This document shows, piece after piece, positions 27,203-35,170 of a stretch of DNA of 53,208 nucleotides (positions are counted from its first letter, which is position 1; the number at the start of each line of letters is the position of its first letter). Location of the stretch: IMG/VR virus record IMGVR_UViG_2671181011_000016; one strand, 5' to 3'. A program made the translations under genes and the position numbers. Below the pieces are notes generated by a model that searched no databases, was not told the origin of the DNA, and saw only the letters and a list, made by a program, of their open reading frames with translations. Source of the stretch: a virus. Lineage: Duplodnaviria > Heunggongvirae > Uroviricota > Caudoviricetes.

Positions 27203-27480
27203 CAGAATATTCCTCTATCCTGAAAAATATAACCCCCGCAAAACAGGACACCGCAGGGAGTGAAAACAGCTATAAAACACTAAAAACGGCGCTGCATGAG
27301 TACCGTTTTCAGAATTTTATAAAACTGGATAATGGCGCTTTCTTCTACCCAGGTAGCGCCGGACCTGTTAATGAGATTGTTTACCCGGTATTACGTGTTT
27401 TTGAATTTCCGCCGTCGCTCGCGGGAAGGATTGGCCCGGTTATGGCTGGCTGGTAGAAACGGCGACACGTCCGCGCGCTG

Positions 27481-27951
27481 TTATTCTTTGCGTAAACACT
27501 GCGTTTTGATGTAGCCCTGAAGTGCGGTTATCTTCGCGTCTTTCTCTTTTAGTTGTTCTCTGAGGGATAGATAAGCCGATTCAGCGTCGGGAGTGAGTCT
27601 ACAGGCGGCTCCATCAATGGCGCTGGCGGATCCGGCGGGGTCGGACACTCGCACGGGTATTGCGTTGACGCGCAACCGGATAGTACCGTTATCAATACCA
27701 GTGCGCAGATCGGCAATGTCAGATCTGATAGCTTTAATCTCATCGTGATACCTCTTATCAAGTTTTGACAGTTCGGCGTTTCGCTCCTTCATTTGCTGTA
27801 TGGTGTTACTCGCTGTTTTTAATGCGCCTTGCGTTGTCGTTAGTTCTTCCTGTAAGCGCGTTACAGCTCCCTGTGTCTGACATAGTGCAGCGGTAAGCCC
27901 GACGATAATGCAAACAACCACGGCGATGATTAACGTCTTCACCTTGTCCAT
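27481..27951 (-). CDS. Rz: i-spanin Rz
   Basis: 156 aa; N-terminal TM helix then coiled-coil periplasmic domain; directly downstream of the endolysin with overlap; contains embedded Rz1. Confidence 0.8.
   Translation of the reverse strand: MDKVKTLIIAVVVCIIVGLTAALCQTQGAVTRLQEELTTTQGALKTASNTIQQMKERNAELSKLDKRYHDEIKAIRSDIADLRTGIDNGTIRLRVNAIPVRVSDPAGSASAIDGAACRLTPDAESAYLSLREQLKEKDAKITALQGYIKTQCLRKE
27549..27743 (-). CDS. Rz1: o-spanin Rz1 (lipoprotein, embedded in Rz in another frame)
   Basis: 64 aa from ATG with RBS AAGAGG: signal peptide with lipobox LSGC, Pro-rich mature part; fully inside the Rz ORF. Confidence 0.75.
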   Translation of the reverse strand: MRLKLSDLTLPICALVLITVLSGCASTQYPCECPTPPDPPAPLMEPPVDSLPTLNRLIYPSENN

Positions 27952-28430
27952 TTCTCACCCCATTCGCAAACGGCATATTCAACATCGCGGCGGTTTACCA
28001 GGCCTTGCCACTTCTTACCGCCAGCGTATACCCAGCGCTTAAGCTGTGCGCACGCTTCTGATTTCTTGCCGTCATTGAGTAGCTTTAATAAGGTTGATGT
28101 TTTGAAGTTGGTTGCGCCTACGTTATAGGCGAAGGAATAAAGTGCTGCGCGGGTAAAATCTGATATTTCGACTTTGATATATGGGTCAATCGCTTTTGCG
28201 GTCTTATGTAGATCTTTGTTCAACAAAGCATCGCATTCTGATTGCGTGTAAGTCTTCCCAAGCATGATGTCTTTTCCGGTGTGACCGTAGCAAACAGTCC
28301 ATACACCAACAACATCACGATAAGGATCGTATTCCACGCCCTCTAATGGCTTAATCATCACCGCCGCAATAGCGATCGCCCCACCAGCCGCCGCCGCAAC
28401 AATCTTGTTTTTCAGCGATTGGCTAATCAT
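27939..28430 (-). CDS. SAR endolysin (T4-type lysozyme, GH24)
   Basis: 163 aa; N-terminal weakly hydrophobic Ala/Gly-rich SAR segment; catalytic-type E..D..T spacing ([16 protein letters not shown]); ATG abuts holin stop. Confidence 0.85.
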   Translation of the reverse strand: MISQSLKNKIVAAAAGGAIAIAAVMIKPLEGVEYDPYRDVVGVWTVCYGHTGKDIMLGKTYTQSECDALLNKDLHKTAKAIDPYIKVEISDFTRAALYSFAYNVGATNFKTSTLLKLLNDGKKSEACAQLKRWVYAGGKKWQGLVNRRDVEYAVCEWGEKWTR

Positions 28431-28631
28431 TTACTTATTCCCCATTCGCGCGTCGTGTTCCTCTTGCGCTCGCTTGTTCTCCTGTGATTTGAAGTAATAA
28501 TTAACGGCAAATGTGCCTACGGTTGATAAGATACCCACAAAGACGGCAATGTCATTGATGGTTATCGCGCCGAAAAAAGCAGTTACGGCCCCAGTCACAT
28601 ACGCACACGCCTCCCGTATTCTGTCGAACAT
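28431..28631 (-). CDS. holin (pinholin-like, two TM domains)
   Basis: 66 aa; two hydrophobic segments and charged C-terminus; resembles phage 21 S-type pinholin; paired with a SAR endolysin; RBS GGAGGA. Confidence 0.8.
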   Translation of the reverse strand: MFDRIREACAYVTGAVTAFFGAITINDIAVFVGILSTVGTFAVNYYFKSQENKRAQEEHDARMGNK

Positions 28632-28643
28632 AGATTTTCCTCC

Positions 28644-28673
28644 AACAAAACAAAAACCCGGCGCGGGGCCGGG
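28644..28673 (-). terminator. intrinsic terminator immediately upstream of the holin gene (tR'-like)
   Basis: minus-strand hairpin CCCGGCCCCGCGCCGGG followed by TTTTTGTTTTGTT, about 10 nt before the holin RBS. Confidence 0.7.
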
Positions 28674-28701
28674 TAGTTACAGTTTCGCATTGTTAGGTAA
28701 T

Positions 28702-28730
28702 ATTTTAATCTGTTTGTTTTCGACCCACAA
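28702..28730 (-). promoter_or_regulatory. candidate late promoter (pR'-like)
   Basis: minus strand -35 TTGTGG, 17-bp spacer, -10 TAAAAT, 25-40 nt upstream of the terminator hairpin. Confidence 0.45.
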
Positions 28731-28738
28731 ATACGGCT

Positions 28739-28966
28739 TTAACGGTAAGGGCCAAGCAAACGAACAAGCCATTCTTTGTATTTGGCGGCGACGTGTTTCG
28801 GTGCAAAATATCCTTGCACTTCCTTACCGCCTCGCCACTCCCTTCTAAATTCGCATTCGTTTTGATACCCCTTTCCGCTTTTACTATCCAGCCAGCAAGC
28901 AGGCGAGTAACCTTTTTCACTCCCGAACCGATGCCATATTAATGACAGCAAAATCATTTCTTCCAT
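28739..28966 (-). CDS. hypothetical protein
   Basis: 75 aa ORF; stop codon begins the 18-bp duplicated junction element. Confidence 0.45.
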   Translation of the reverse strand: MEEMILLSLIWHRFGSEKGYSPACWLDSKSGKGYQNECEFRREWRGGKEVQGYFAPKHVAAKYKEWLVRLLGPYR

Positions 28967-28987
28967 ACTGCCCCCACAAATACGGCT

Positions 28988-29164
28988 TTACCGCTTCCTG
29001 TATATCAGGCCATTATCAAGCAGCATTTGCATGTGCCAACGATCCACCATGCTTGATTCCCAGCATTTATTCTCTGGATACTGAATCATCACCTTATCAC
29101 CTTTAACCAAATAGGCGATATTAAATAACATGTGCAAATAAATACCGTCTTCGATCTCGTTCAT
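28988..29164 (-). CDS. hypothetical protein
   Basis: 58 aa; ATGA overlap with upstream gene; stop codon begins the second copy of the 18-bp element. Confidence 0.4.
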   Translation of the reverse strand: MNEIEDGIYLHMLFNIAYLVKGDKVMIQYPENKCWESSMVDRWHMQMLLDNGLIYRKR

Positions 29165-29391
29165 AGCTCGCCAACCTTTACCAGTTCACCAGCATCAAGA
29201 AATATTTTAATTGTTTCTCGCGTCGTCTTAATGATTGGTGCTACCCACTCGCCACCGCCAACACGGATACGAATATCATCACCTTCCACGCGGTAAAACA
29301 GCCTGTCGACTACTGTTGCTGCGTACACGCCATCTTCAATCATTTTTGCGCTCCTTAATGGCTCGCATGATGTTAATACGCATAGCGTCAC
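29161..29391 (-). CDS. hypothetical protein
   Basis: 76 aa ORF in a tightly packed series. Confidence 0.4.
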   Translation of the reverse strand: MTLCVLTSCEPLRSAKMIEDGVYAATVVDRLFYRVEGDDIRIRVGGGEWVAPIIKTTRETIKIFLDAGELVKVGEL

Positions 29392-29578
29392 TGAATGCGT
29401 ATATAGTAATGAAAGGCCAGAAGACTAGCTCGAACCAAATAATGCCGTCACTATCAACAGCTTTCTGAAAAGCGCCCATTAAAATGACGCCAGCCAGGTA
29501 AATGATAACTACCGCAATAATAAGGCATTCAATCATAATCATCCTCATCGTCTTCATGTTCAGCCAGGAACTCATCAA
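29336..29578 (-). CDS. hypothetical membrane protein
   Basis: 80 aa (start uncertain); two hydrophobic segments. Confidence 0.4.
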   Translation of the reverse strand: MMSSWLNMKTMRMIMIECLIIAVVIIYLAGVILMGAFQKAVDSDGIIWFELVFWPFITIYAFSDAMRINIMRAIKERKND

Positions 29579-29843
29579 CCACGCGGCAAGTCACTGGCGG
29601 GATGTATTCGAAATCATCAGAATCGAGATCAAGCGTCCGGCTGTCGCCGTCATCGTCCAGCGTATTCATCCCTAATTCACCGAAAGGGCCGTACCCAATA
29701 CAGCCCAGGTATTCGCATCCAGTAGTAAAGCCAGGGTATTCGCCTTTACAACGGATTTTGTAAGGTCTATTTGATGCGCTCAATTTTTGATGCTCCGCTT
29801 TCTTCTTCAGTAATTTTGTACTCTGCCACCAGTTCCGCACCAA
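29529..29843 (-). CDS. hypothetical protein
   Basis: 104 aa ORF; acidic C-terminus; start uncertain. Confidence 0.4.
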   Translation of the reverse strand: MVRNWWQSTKLLKKKAEHQKLSASNRPYKIRCKGEYPGFTTGCEYLGCIGYGPFGELGMNTLDDDGDSRTLDLDSDDFEYIPPVTCRVVDEFLAEHEDDEDDYD

Positions 29844-30090
29844 GCAATTTCACTTCAGCATCAGGGTAAGGATTAAGTACCAGTGATGCGAAAACAAAAT
29901 GTCTGACGTGATTCACATTATCAAGGTCTTTCACGTCAAAAGGCGGCTCAGTTAAGTGGAAGCATTTAACGTGCGCATCGTCTTCAGTAGCCACACGGAA
30001 ACATGCGCCACGCTCACCTGCGAATTGTCCAAAGTCTTTATTTTCTGGAAAAGATCCACGGAAAACTTTAACGCTGATAAATTTAGACAT
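29767..30090 (-). CDS. hypothetical protein
   Basis: 107 aa ORF. Confidence 0.4.
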   Translation of the reverse strand: MSKFISVKVFRGSFPENKDFGQFAGERGACFRVATEDDAHVKCFHLTEPPFDVKDLDNVNHVRHFVFASLVLNPYPDAEVKLLGAELVAEYKITEEESGASKIERIK

Positions 30091-30093
30091 TGT

Positions 30094-30348
30094 TTATTCT
30101 CCTTCATAAAGCACAGTAACCAGTTCAGCATCAATTAGCGTGTTATGATCTGTATAAAACCCGTGGCGCAGAATTGAGGCAAGGCCGGCCACTTTACGCC
30201 ACATAGGGGTCGATTCGTTCAGATATTCTTTCTCCCTTTTTTCGCTGTATACCAATTCATAAAACCGACCACGATTAACATCTTCAATCACGCGGATATA
30301 TTTACCATCAAATCGGCTATTACCGCGCCATAGTCTGATCACAACCAT
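30094..30348 (-). CDS. hypothetical protein
   Basis: 84 aa ORF. Confidence 0.4.
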   Translation of the reverse strand: MVVIRLWRGNSRFDGKYIRVIEDVNRGRFYELVYSEKREKEYLNESTPMWRKVAGLASILRHGFYTDHNTLIDAELVTVLYEGE

Positions 30349-30350
30349 AA

Positions 30351-30650
30351 TTAAAACTCCGCACCAGGTAAGCTACGCGCTTTGTTTACCGCATCGTGCT
30401 TTAACGATAAACTTGCGTAATAATTCATAATCCCCATATTACCGACTGGTATTTCATTATTTTCTGCCTTTATTCTTAATAACTGGTTTTTAGTGAAAAT
30501 CCTGTCTCCATCGGTGATATATAACCAGTCGCAGCGCTTACCAACTACAACATGAGATCTGCCTAAACTGTCTTTAAATTCATAATTGCAGAAGACATCA
30601 CCTTTAGGCACTTCAACAAAACAGCACGCTATGAATTTATCGCTTTTCAT
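30351..30650 (-). CDS. hypothetical protein
   Basis: 99 aa ORF. Confidence 0.4.
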   Translation of the reverse strand: MKSDKFIACCFVEVPKGDVFCNYEFKDSLGRSHVVVGKRCDWLYITDGDRIFTKNQLLRIKAENNEIPVGNMGIMNYYASLSLKHDAVNKARSLPGAEF

Positions 30651-30691
30651 GATTCAACCCTTCTGGTTTGATTGGCCATCCGGCCCCGCGC

Positions 30692-30832
30692 TTATCCTTC
30701 TTTGCCTCCTTTGAACCCCAGACACTCCGCGTATTCGTCAATGCTTAATGCTTCTTCACCTGGTGCCAGTAGTTCGAAGTATCTGGCATATAACTCAAAC
30801 ACCCAGGCAGGATATTTTGCGTTTGCGTTCAT
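30692..30832 (-). CDS. hypothetical small protein
   Basis: 46 aa from ATG with RBS GGGAGG (MNANAKYPAW...); first gene downstream of the 30865-30908 promoter. Confidence 0.45.
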   Translation of the reverse strand: MNANAKYPAWVFELYARYFELLAPGEEALSIDEYAECLGFKGGKEG

Positions 30833-30864
30833 CTTCTTGCCTCCCATCCGCCTTTCTGTGCCCA

Positions 30865-30908
30865 TATATAACAAAACGGCACTGCCGTAACAATGCCATT
30901 TTGTATAC
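30865..30908 (-). promoter_or_regulatory. sigma70-like promoter with upstream GTATACAAAATGG motif
   Basis: minus strand: motif (30896-30908), -35 TTGTTA, 17-bp spacer, -10 TATATA (30865-30870). Confidence 0.55.
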
Positions 30909-30916
30909 TTTGTGAT

Positions 30917-31740
30917 TCAGATCACGTTATTATCACAAGCGAAAGCCTCGCAACTTTCAGAACAACTACCTGAATCAAACTCTTTCTTGTTAATAATGCT
31001 GCTGCGTATCTCTTCTGTTTCCTCCAGCCTGAACATTGCTATTACGTCCTGCAATGCCATTTTGTTGCGATACATTTCCGGCTTACCTTCCTTGCAATCA
31101 TGTTCTGCAATGCAACTACAAAACTGGTCATATAGTTCAGGTTCATCCCTTGCTGCCAATGCCAACTTCTTGTTGCTCTTCTTAATGCAGAAAACACAAT
31201 TACCAAGATGTTCGGGGATCTCTAAATCAAATGACTGCCCTGACCACCAATCAATAATATCCTGCTTCTCAAAGTCACTTATATCTGCCAGATAGTGAAA
31301 ACCCTCCCTTTCGTGTAGTCTGCGTGGCTCATCTGCCCTAATACCTAACCAGCGTTCATAATTGCCTTTGCCATAGTGTTCATCACAATACTTTTCAAAA
31401 GGTAGTTGTTTCATCCTGTGAGTACAGAATGCCCCGCCGATATAAGGATGGCCATAATGTTCCAGGATTCTCCGCCACGGAACAAGGTCACATCTTATAT
31501 CATCAATACCAATGATCTCGTAACTGAATTTACCGTATTTAATTGCAGGAGGAACGCAGCGGAGGCAAGTTATTTTAATGTTAAAATGTGAGGATAAATT
31601 CTTTATGAACTCGTATGTTTTAGGGTGTTCACCCCTGTATCCATGAAGATAACCTCTGCGTCAGGGTGAATTTTCAATACCTCTAGAGTCATGCAAGCAG
31701 AAGTCCTTCCACCACTGAATGATATTACTTGATGTTTCAT
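30917..31740 (-). pseudogene. PAPS reductase-like (PP-loop ATPase family) gene disrupted by a 1-nt frameshift
   Basis: N-terminal frame MKHQVISFSGGRTSA...FMDTG stops after 45 codons; reading continues in another frame (EHPKTYEFIKN... to 30917); shift lies at a G4 run (31633-31636); a fifth G would restore FMDTGGEHPKTYEF. Confidence 0.65.
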
Positions 31741-31756
31741 AGGCAACAACCTTAAA

Positions 31757-32023
31757 TCAGAAAACCCCTTTATAATCTGCCGTGTATTTTGCCACTAATT
31801 TCCAGTCACAATAGTTTTCCATGTCGCGCGGTTGCCAGCCTCTCATGCCTACAGCACCACGCACGCCGTGGCGACGATAATTATCGTTATAGTCAGCTAC
31901 GCACCATGGCTGAAGTACAAACATATAATTGGCCTCGTTAACCAGGATCGCCATCTGCTTTCCTGTTGCCTTATCTTTCGCCCGGAAATAACTCACCCTG
32001 ATTTTCATTTTTAATAACCTCAA
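31757..32023 (-). CDS. hypothetical protein
   Basis: 88 aa ORF. Confidence 0.4.
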   Translation of the reverse strand: MRLLKMKIRVSYFRAKDKATGKQMAILVNEANYMFVLQPWCVADYNDNYRRHGVRGAVGMRGWQPRDMENYCDWKLVAKYTADYKGVF

Positions 32024-32219
32024 TCAACATTTCTTCTTCCAGGTTGGCAGGACGTTTACGGAACACGCCAGCGAAGACAAGATCTTCCAGTAGGTCTTTA
32101 CTTTTGAATAACCACTCTTTCATTACTATCCCGTCATCACTGCGATATACGACGCCGTTTTTAATAAAATAAAAAGTACGGGTGTTTGTCTGGAGGTATA
32201 GATCTTCGTAAACATCCAT
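31971..32219 (-). CDS. hypothetical protein
   Basis: 82 aa ORF; start uncertain. Confidence 0.35.
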   Translation of the reverse strand: MDVYEDLYLQTNTRTFYFIKNGVVYRSDDGIVMKEWLFKSKDLLEDLVFAGVFRKRPANLEEEMLIEVIKNENQGELFPGER

Positions 32220-32223
32220 GATA

Positions 32224-32451
32224 TTAACCCTCGACTACTTGCAGCCCGCGCCCCTTGTCGCCGACGAAGTCTGCCAGGCTGAACGTATACGACCATGCCG
32301 GATTAATGTAATGGTCATCAGCGCCAGCGGCAATTAGGTCAGCACCGTTAATCACGCAAGTTACATCATCACTATGAACGACGTTAACCACCTTACCAAC
32401 AACCTGTTTCAGTGACGGATAACCGTGATCGTGCAAGAATTTTACTTTCAT
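32224..32451 (-). CDS. hypothetical protein
   Basis: 75 aa ORF. Confidence 0.4.
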   Translation of the reverse strand: MKVKFLHDHGYPSLKQVVGKVVNVVHSDDVTCVINGADLIAAGADDHYINPAWSYTFSLADFVGDKGRGLQVVEG

Positions 32452-32726
32452 TAATCTGTCTCCCAGCGTTCAATGCTGATTAAGAAGTCACGGATAGCAT
32501 GGCGTTCGTCGCGCGTTGGTTTACGTTTCCGGTAGATCCTGAAATCGAACCATTCTTTTTCCTGCTCAAAATCCAGGTCGTAAGCAAGCGCCTCAATGTA
32601 TCCGCATTCGTGATACCAGTACGCAACGCCAGCACGAACAAAAAAGCGGGTTTTATCCCGCTTGTGCTCATAGATACGCATATTCACCCCGTTATGCAAT
32701 TGTGTAGCTGTCAACCAGCTTTTCAT
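32451..32726 (-). CDS. hypothetical protein
   Basis: 91 aa ORF. Confidence 0.4.
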   Translation of the reverse strand: MKSWLTATQLHNGVNMRIYEHKRDKTRFFVRAGVAYWYHECGYIEALAYDLDFEQEKEWFDFRIYRKRKPTRDERHAIRDFLISIERWETD

Positions 32727-32922
32727 CTTTCATTCTGGCAAGCTGTGCGATGTTCATCGTGTAGCCACCTTCTAAGAAAAACCACTCCGCAGTCCTGCGA
32801 CGAAAAGCAATATCATCATAGTGATGCGTCCATGTAATAATCGCCACGCGTTTTCCATCAGTGGCGAACATAGATAACGCATTATCAACAACGTCGATAG
32901 CCTGCCAGATTTTTAATTCCAT
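32692..32922 (-). CDS. hypothetical protein
   Basis: 76 aa ORF. Confidence 0.35.
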   Translation of the reverse strand: MELKIWQAIDVVDNALSMFATDGKRVAIITWTHHYDDIAFRRRTAEWFFLEGGYTMNIAQLARMKDEKLVDSYTIA

Positions 32923-33278
32923 GATTTATCCCCGTAGATCTTGAATAGTTCACACGCTTCCTGATTTTCAAATATATTCATATGCAGGTCACGCAGGCGG
33001 CGCATTGTGCGGAAGCGCGGCCTGAACTCCTGGCTACGTTTAATGTATTTGCCGCCAATTGAATAAATATGCCCGTATGCGTACCATCTGTTACCTACCC
33101 ATATATCATATTCTTTGCCTTCGTAATTAAATTTTATCGTTAGCTCGCCAACCTCAACTATTAACCCTTTGTCAATAATGTCATTAAGCATTTCGTCCCA
33201 TTCTTTGAGGAATGGTTGTTGATAAAAACCAAAAAGCGTATTTACAGCATGGCAGAGATAGTCAATGATTATTTGCAT
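32913..33278 (-). CDS. hypothetical protein
   Basis: 121 aa ORF. Confidence 0.4.
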   Translation of the reverse strand: MQIIIDYLCHAVNTLFGFYQQPFLKEWDEMLNDIIDKGLIVEVGELTIKFNYEGKEYDIWVGNRWYAYGHIYSIGGKYIKRSQEFRPRFRTMRRLRDLHMNIFENQEACELFKIYGDKSWN

Positions 33279-33282
33279 ATTA

Positions 33283-33495
33283 TTACCACATCATATAATA
33301 AACGTTCTCGTCAGCTAACATGTCAGCCACATCCTGCGTCATGTGTCTGGCCTCAAGGAAAAAATCCTCACTATGCCATTCCCTCACAAGCATACGCGCC
33401 CATTTACGGCGCTGGCGTTTATTACGTCGCAGATCATCAAAAGCCTTTAATGCTTTGTCGTATGCCCTTACAAGGCGCTTACGGTTACTTTTCAT
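33283..33495 (-). CDS. small basic protein, tandem paralog 1
   Basis: 70 aa; MKSNRKRLVRAYDKALKAFDDLRRNKRQRRKWAR...; about half of the first 40 residues are identical to the adjacent gene. Confidence 0.5.
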   Translation of the reverse strand: MKSNRKRLVRAYDKALKAFDDLRRNKRQRRKWARMLVREWHSEDFFLEARHMTQDVADMLADENVYYMMW

Positions 33496-33507
33496 TTTTC
33501 ACCCCAA

Positions 33508-33696
33508 TTAACCAAATAAATCCTCAGCAACAACATCATAAGCCTGATCAGCGGTTAATTTAGTATCACCAAAATTCCATTCCTTTGCTAATTTCCTGGC
33601 TATTCGTCTTCTCTTGCGCTTATTGTTTTTCAGGTCGTCAAAATAACACAAACATTTATCATACGCCCTTACAAGGCGCTTAAGGTTACTTTTCAT
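33508..33696 (-). CDS. small basic protein, tandem paralog 2
   Basis: 62 aa; MKSNLKRLVRAYDKCLCYFDDLKNNKRKRRRIAR... Confidence 0.5.
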   Translation of the reverse strand: MKSNLKRLVRAYDKCLCYFDDLKNNKRKRRRIARKLAKEWNFGDTKLTADQAYDVVAEDLFG

Positions 33697-33699
33697 ATT

Positions 33700-33999
33700 T
33701 TAAAACCTATATTGCCAATAAATATCGCAGTGGATAGCGAAAACCTTAACAGGTTCGTCACCAAACAAAGGATGCTGAATCGTCTTTATTGTGTACCCCA
33801 TGTAAGGGAGAATAAGAATCCGCTTCTTATCGTCGTTTGCAGGGTATCCCAATTTAAGAATCAATCTTGTGTAGTCGCGTCCCTCCAGACGTTTTCGCCA
33901 ATAGTCATTATAAAGCCGGTATTCCTCCACCTTCTTTCCCGCGCGTATGGCGTGGAAGTATTCACCTTTTAAATTCAAATGTAAGTGTTTATTTGCCAT
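33700..33999 (-). CDS. ASCH / DUF3850-like (PUA-fold) protein
   Basis: 99 aa from MANKHLHLNLKGEYFHAIRAGKKVEEYR, a pattern typical of ASCH-type domains; track ORF extends to 34035. Confidence 0.45.
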   Translation of the reverse strand: MANKHLHLNLKGEYFHAIRAGKKVEEYRLYNDYWRKRLEGRDYTRLILKLGYPANDDKKRILILPYMGYTIKTIQHPLFGDEPVKVFAIHCDIYWQYRF

Positions 34000-34321
34000 C
34001 GCTATGATCCTGTAAACAGTCGTTATAGCCTTCAATGTATCCAGTTATCCCAGTGTTGCTAACTGACCAATCAGCCGAACGGCGTTTGATGGCCTTGTCC
34101 ATAGTCATAGCGTCAACCGGATCTGTTAGGTCTATATATTTCCGCAATTCTGTAACTATTACCGCCCTTAATTGTTGTGCATTTGAGTACGTCCTTGCTT
34201 TGTCAGTTATTCCGTTTACAAGCTCCCTAAATTCATGATCCTTTAATTTAGGCTTCATTGTCGTTGCTCCGTCCGTAAATATGTACTGGCTCAACTGGCA
34301 CGGCTGGCAATTCACCATCAT
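33989..34321 (-). CDS. hypothetical protein
   Basis: 110 aa ORF; true start probably an internal Met (MKPKLKDHEF...). Confidence 0.35.
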   Translation of the reverse strand: MMVNCQPCQLSQYIFTDGATTMKPKLKDHEFRELVNGITDKARTYSNAQQLRAVIVTELRKYIDLTDPVDAMTMDKAIKRRSADWSVSNTGITGYIEGYNDCLQDHSDGK

Positions 34322-34448
34322 TTAACGCGCTTGCCATACCCAATATCAATCGCGCTTCTGCACCAGTGACTTTCTTACACCATGCACCGCCCGTTTTATC
34401 TTCGAACAAGATAACGGCAAACTTATCGTTTATTTCCAGCTTATCCAT
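34248..34448 (-). CDS. hypothetical protein
   Basis: 66 aa ORF. Confidence 0.35.
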   Translation of the reverse strand: MDKLEINDKFAVILFEDKTGGAWCKKVTGAEARLILGMASALNDGELPAVPVEPVHIYGRSNDNEA

Positions 34449-35170
34449 TATTCACCCCGCGTCACTCGTTTAATTTCGTTATCTGCCCGCGCCTCTTCTT
34501 TGAACAATTCAGCAATGGCGTCTTCATAGAAAACCCGGTATTTCTTCCACCATGTTGATCGGCTTACCGGAAAAACAAGCTGATTAACCGCCTGCCGGAC
34601 AAGATCTACAGGGAAACGCGAGTACCCGCGCCCGCCGCAGTGATGGCACGTTTTGAACACTGGCATTTCCGCCGCTTCACTGGCTGCTTTATCCGGTACT
34701 TCGCCACGACCCTTGCATTGTTTACAATGATTGCGAACTGTCCCATGCCCCTTGCATTTTTTGCAAAGGTGTTTTTCTCCGTATTCGTCAAACGTAAATT
34801 TATATCCGCCGCACTCCACGCAAGTTTTTTCCGTCGCGGCACTCTGGCAATAATCCCGAAACGCGAAAACGGCAACAAGAATAATGAGATCATTGCGTTT
34901 GGCCTCGTCCAGTTCCATAACGTATTCATAATCTTTTGCCATAGCCCTTAAACGCTCTGTAAGCAAAACTACGGCCTTATGTTTTTCTGCTTGTGATAGT
35001 TCCATCTTCCCTAAAAAAGCACTGTAACCAAGCTCTACGCGCGATTGCGCCATACCTGCGGCAGTTAGTGCATCCGTAGTATTAAGCGCATCCGGGGACG
35101 TGCCCCGGCTTTCATCTGATAAACGCGGCGATTTTGGGAAGTGGAATTTTAGAATTGATTCCAAATTCAT
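34448..35170 (-). CDS. zinc-finger protein with four CxxCxGxG repeats; possible antiterminator Q (phage 82/21 type)
   Basis: 240 aa; CVECGGYK, CKKCKGHG, CKQCKGRG, CHHCGGRG; lies downstream of ninG/rusA as Q does in lambdoid phages; Q assignment is positional. Confidence 0.4.
   Translation of the reverse strand: MNLESILKFHFPKSPRLSDESRGTSPDALNTTDALTAAGMAQSRVELGYSAFLGKMELSQAEKHKAVVLLTERLRAMAKDYEYVMELDEAKRNDLIILVAVFAFRDYCQSAATEKTCVECGGYKFTFDEYGEKHLCKKCKGHGTVRNHCKQCKGRGEVPDKAASEAAEMPVFKTCHHCGGRGYSRFPVDLVRQAVNQLVFPVSRSTWWKKYRVFYEDAIAELFKEEARADNEIKRVTRGE

Noticed and set aside
27203-27480. Intergenic segment after Rz as a cos/pac site or ncRNA
   Set aside because: Contains a possible minus-strand terminator hairpin (near 27285-27320) but no feature I can tie to packaging; TerS is 1.9 kb away; insufficient evidence
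28739-34448. Shiga-toxin-like or other known toxin genes in the Q-to-lysis slot
   Set aside because: None of the ORFs shows A-B5 toxin features (no large signal-peptide-bearing A subunit followed by a small secreted B subunit); no tRNA genes seen there either
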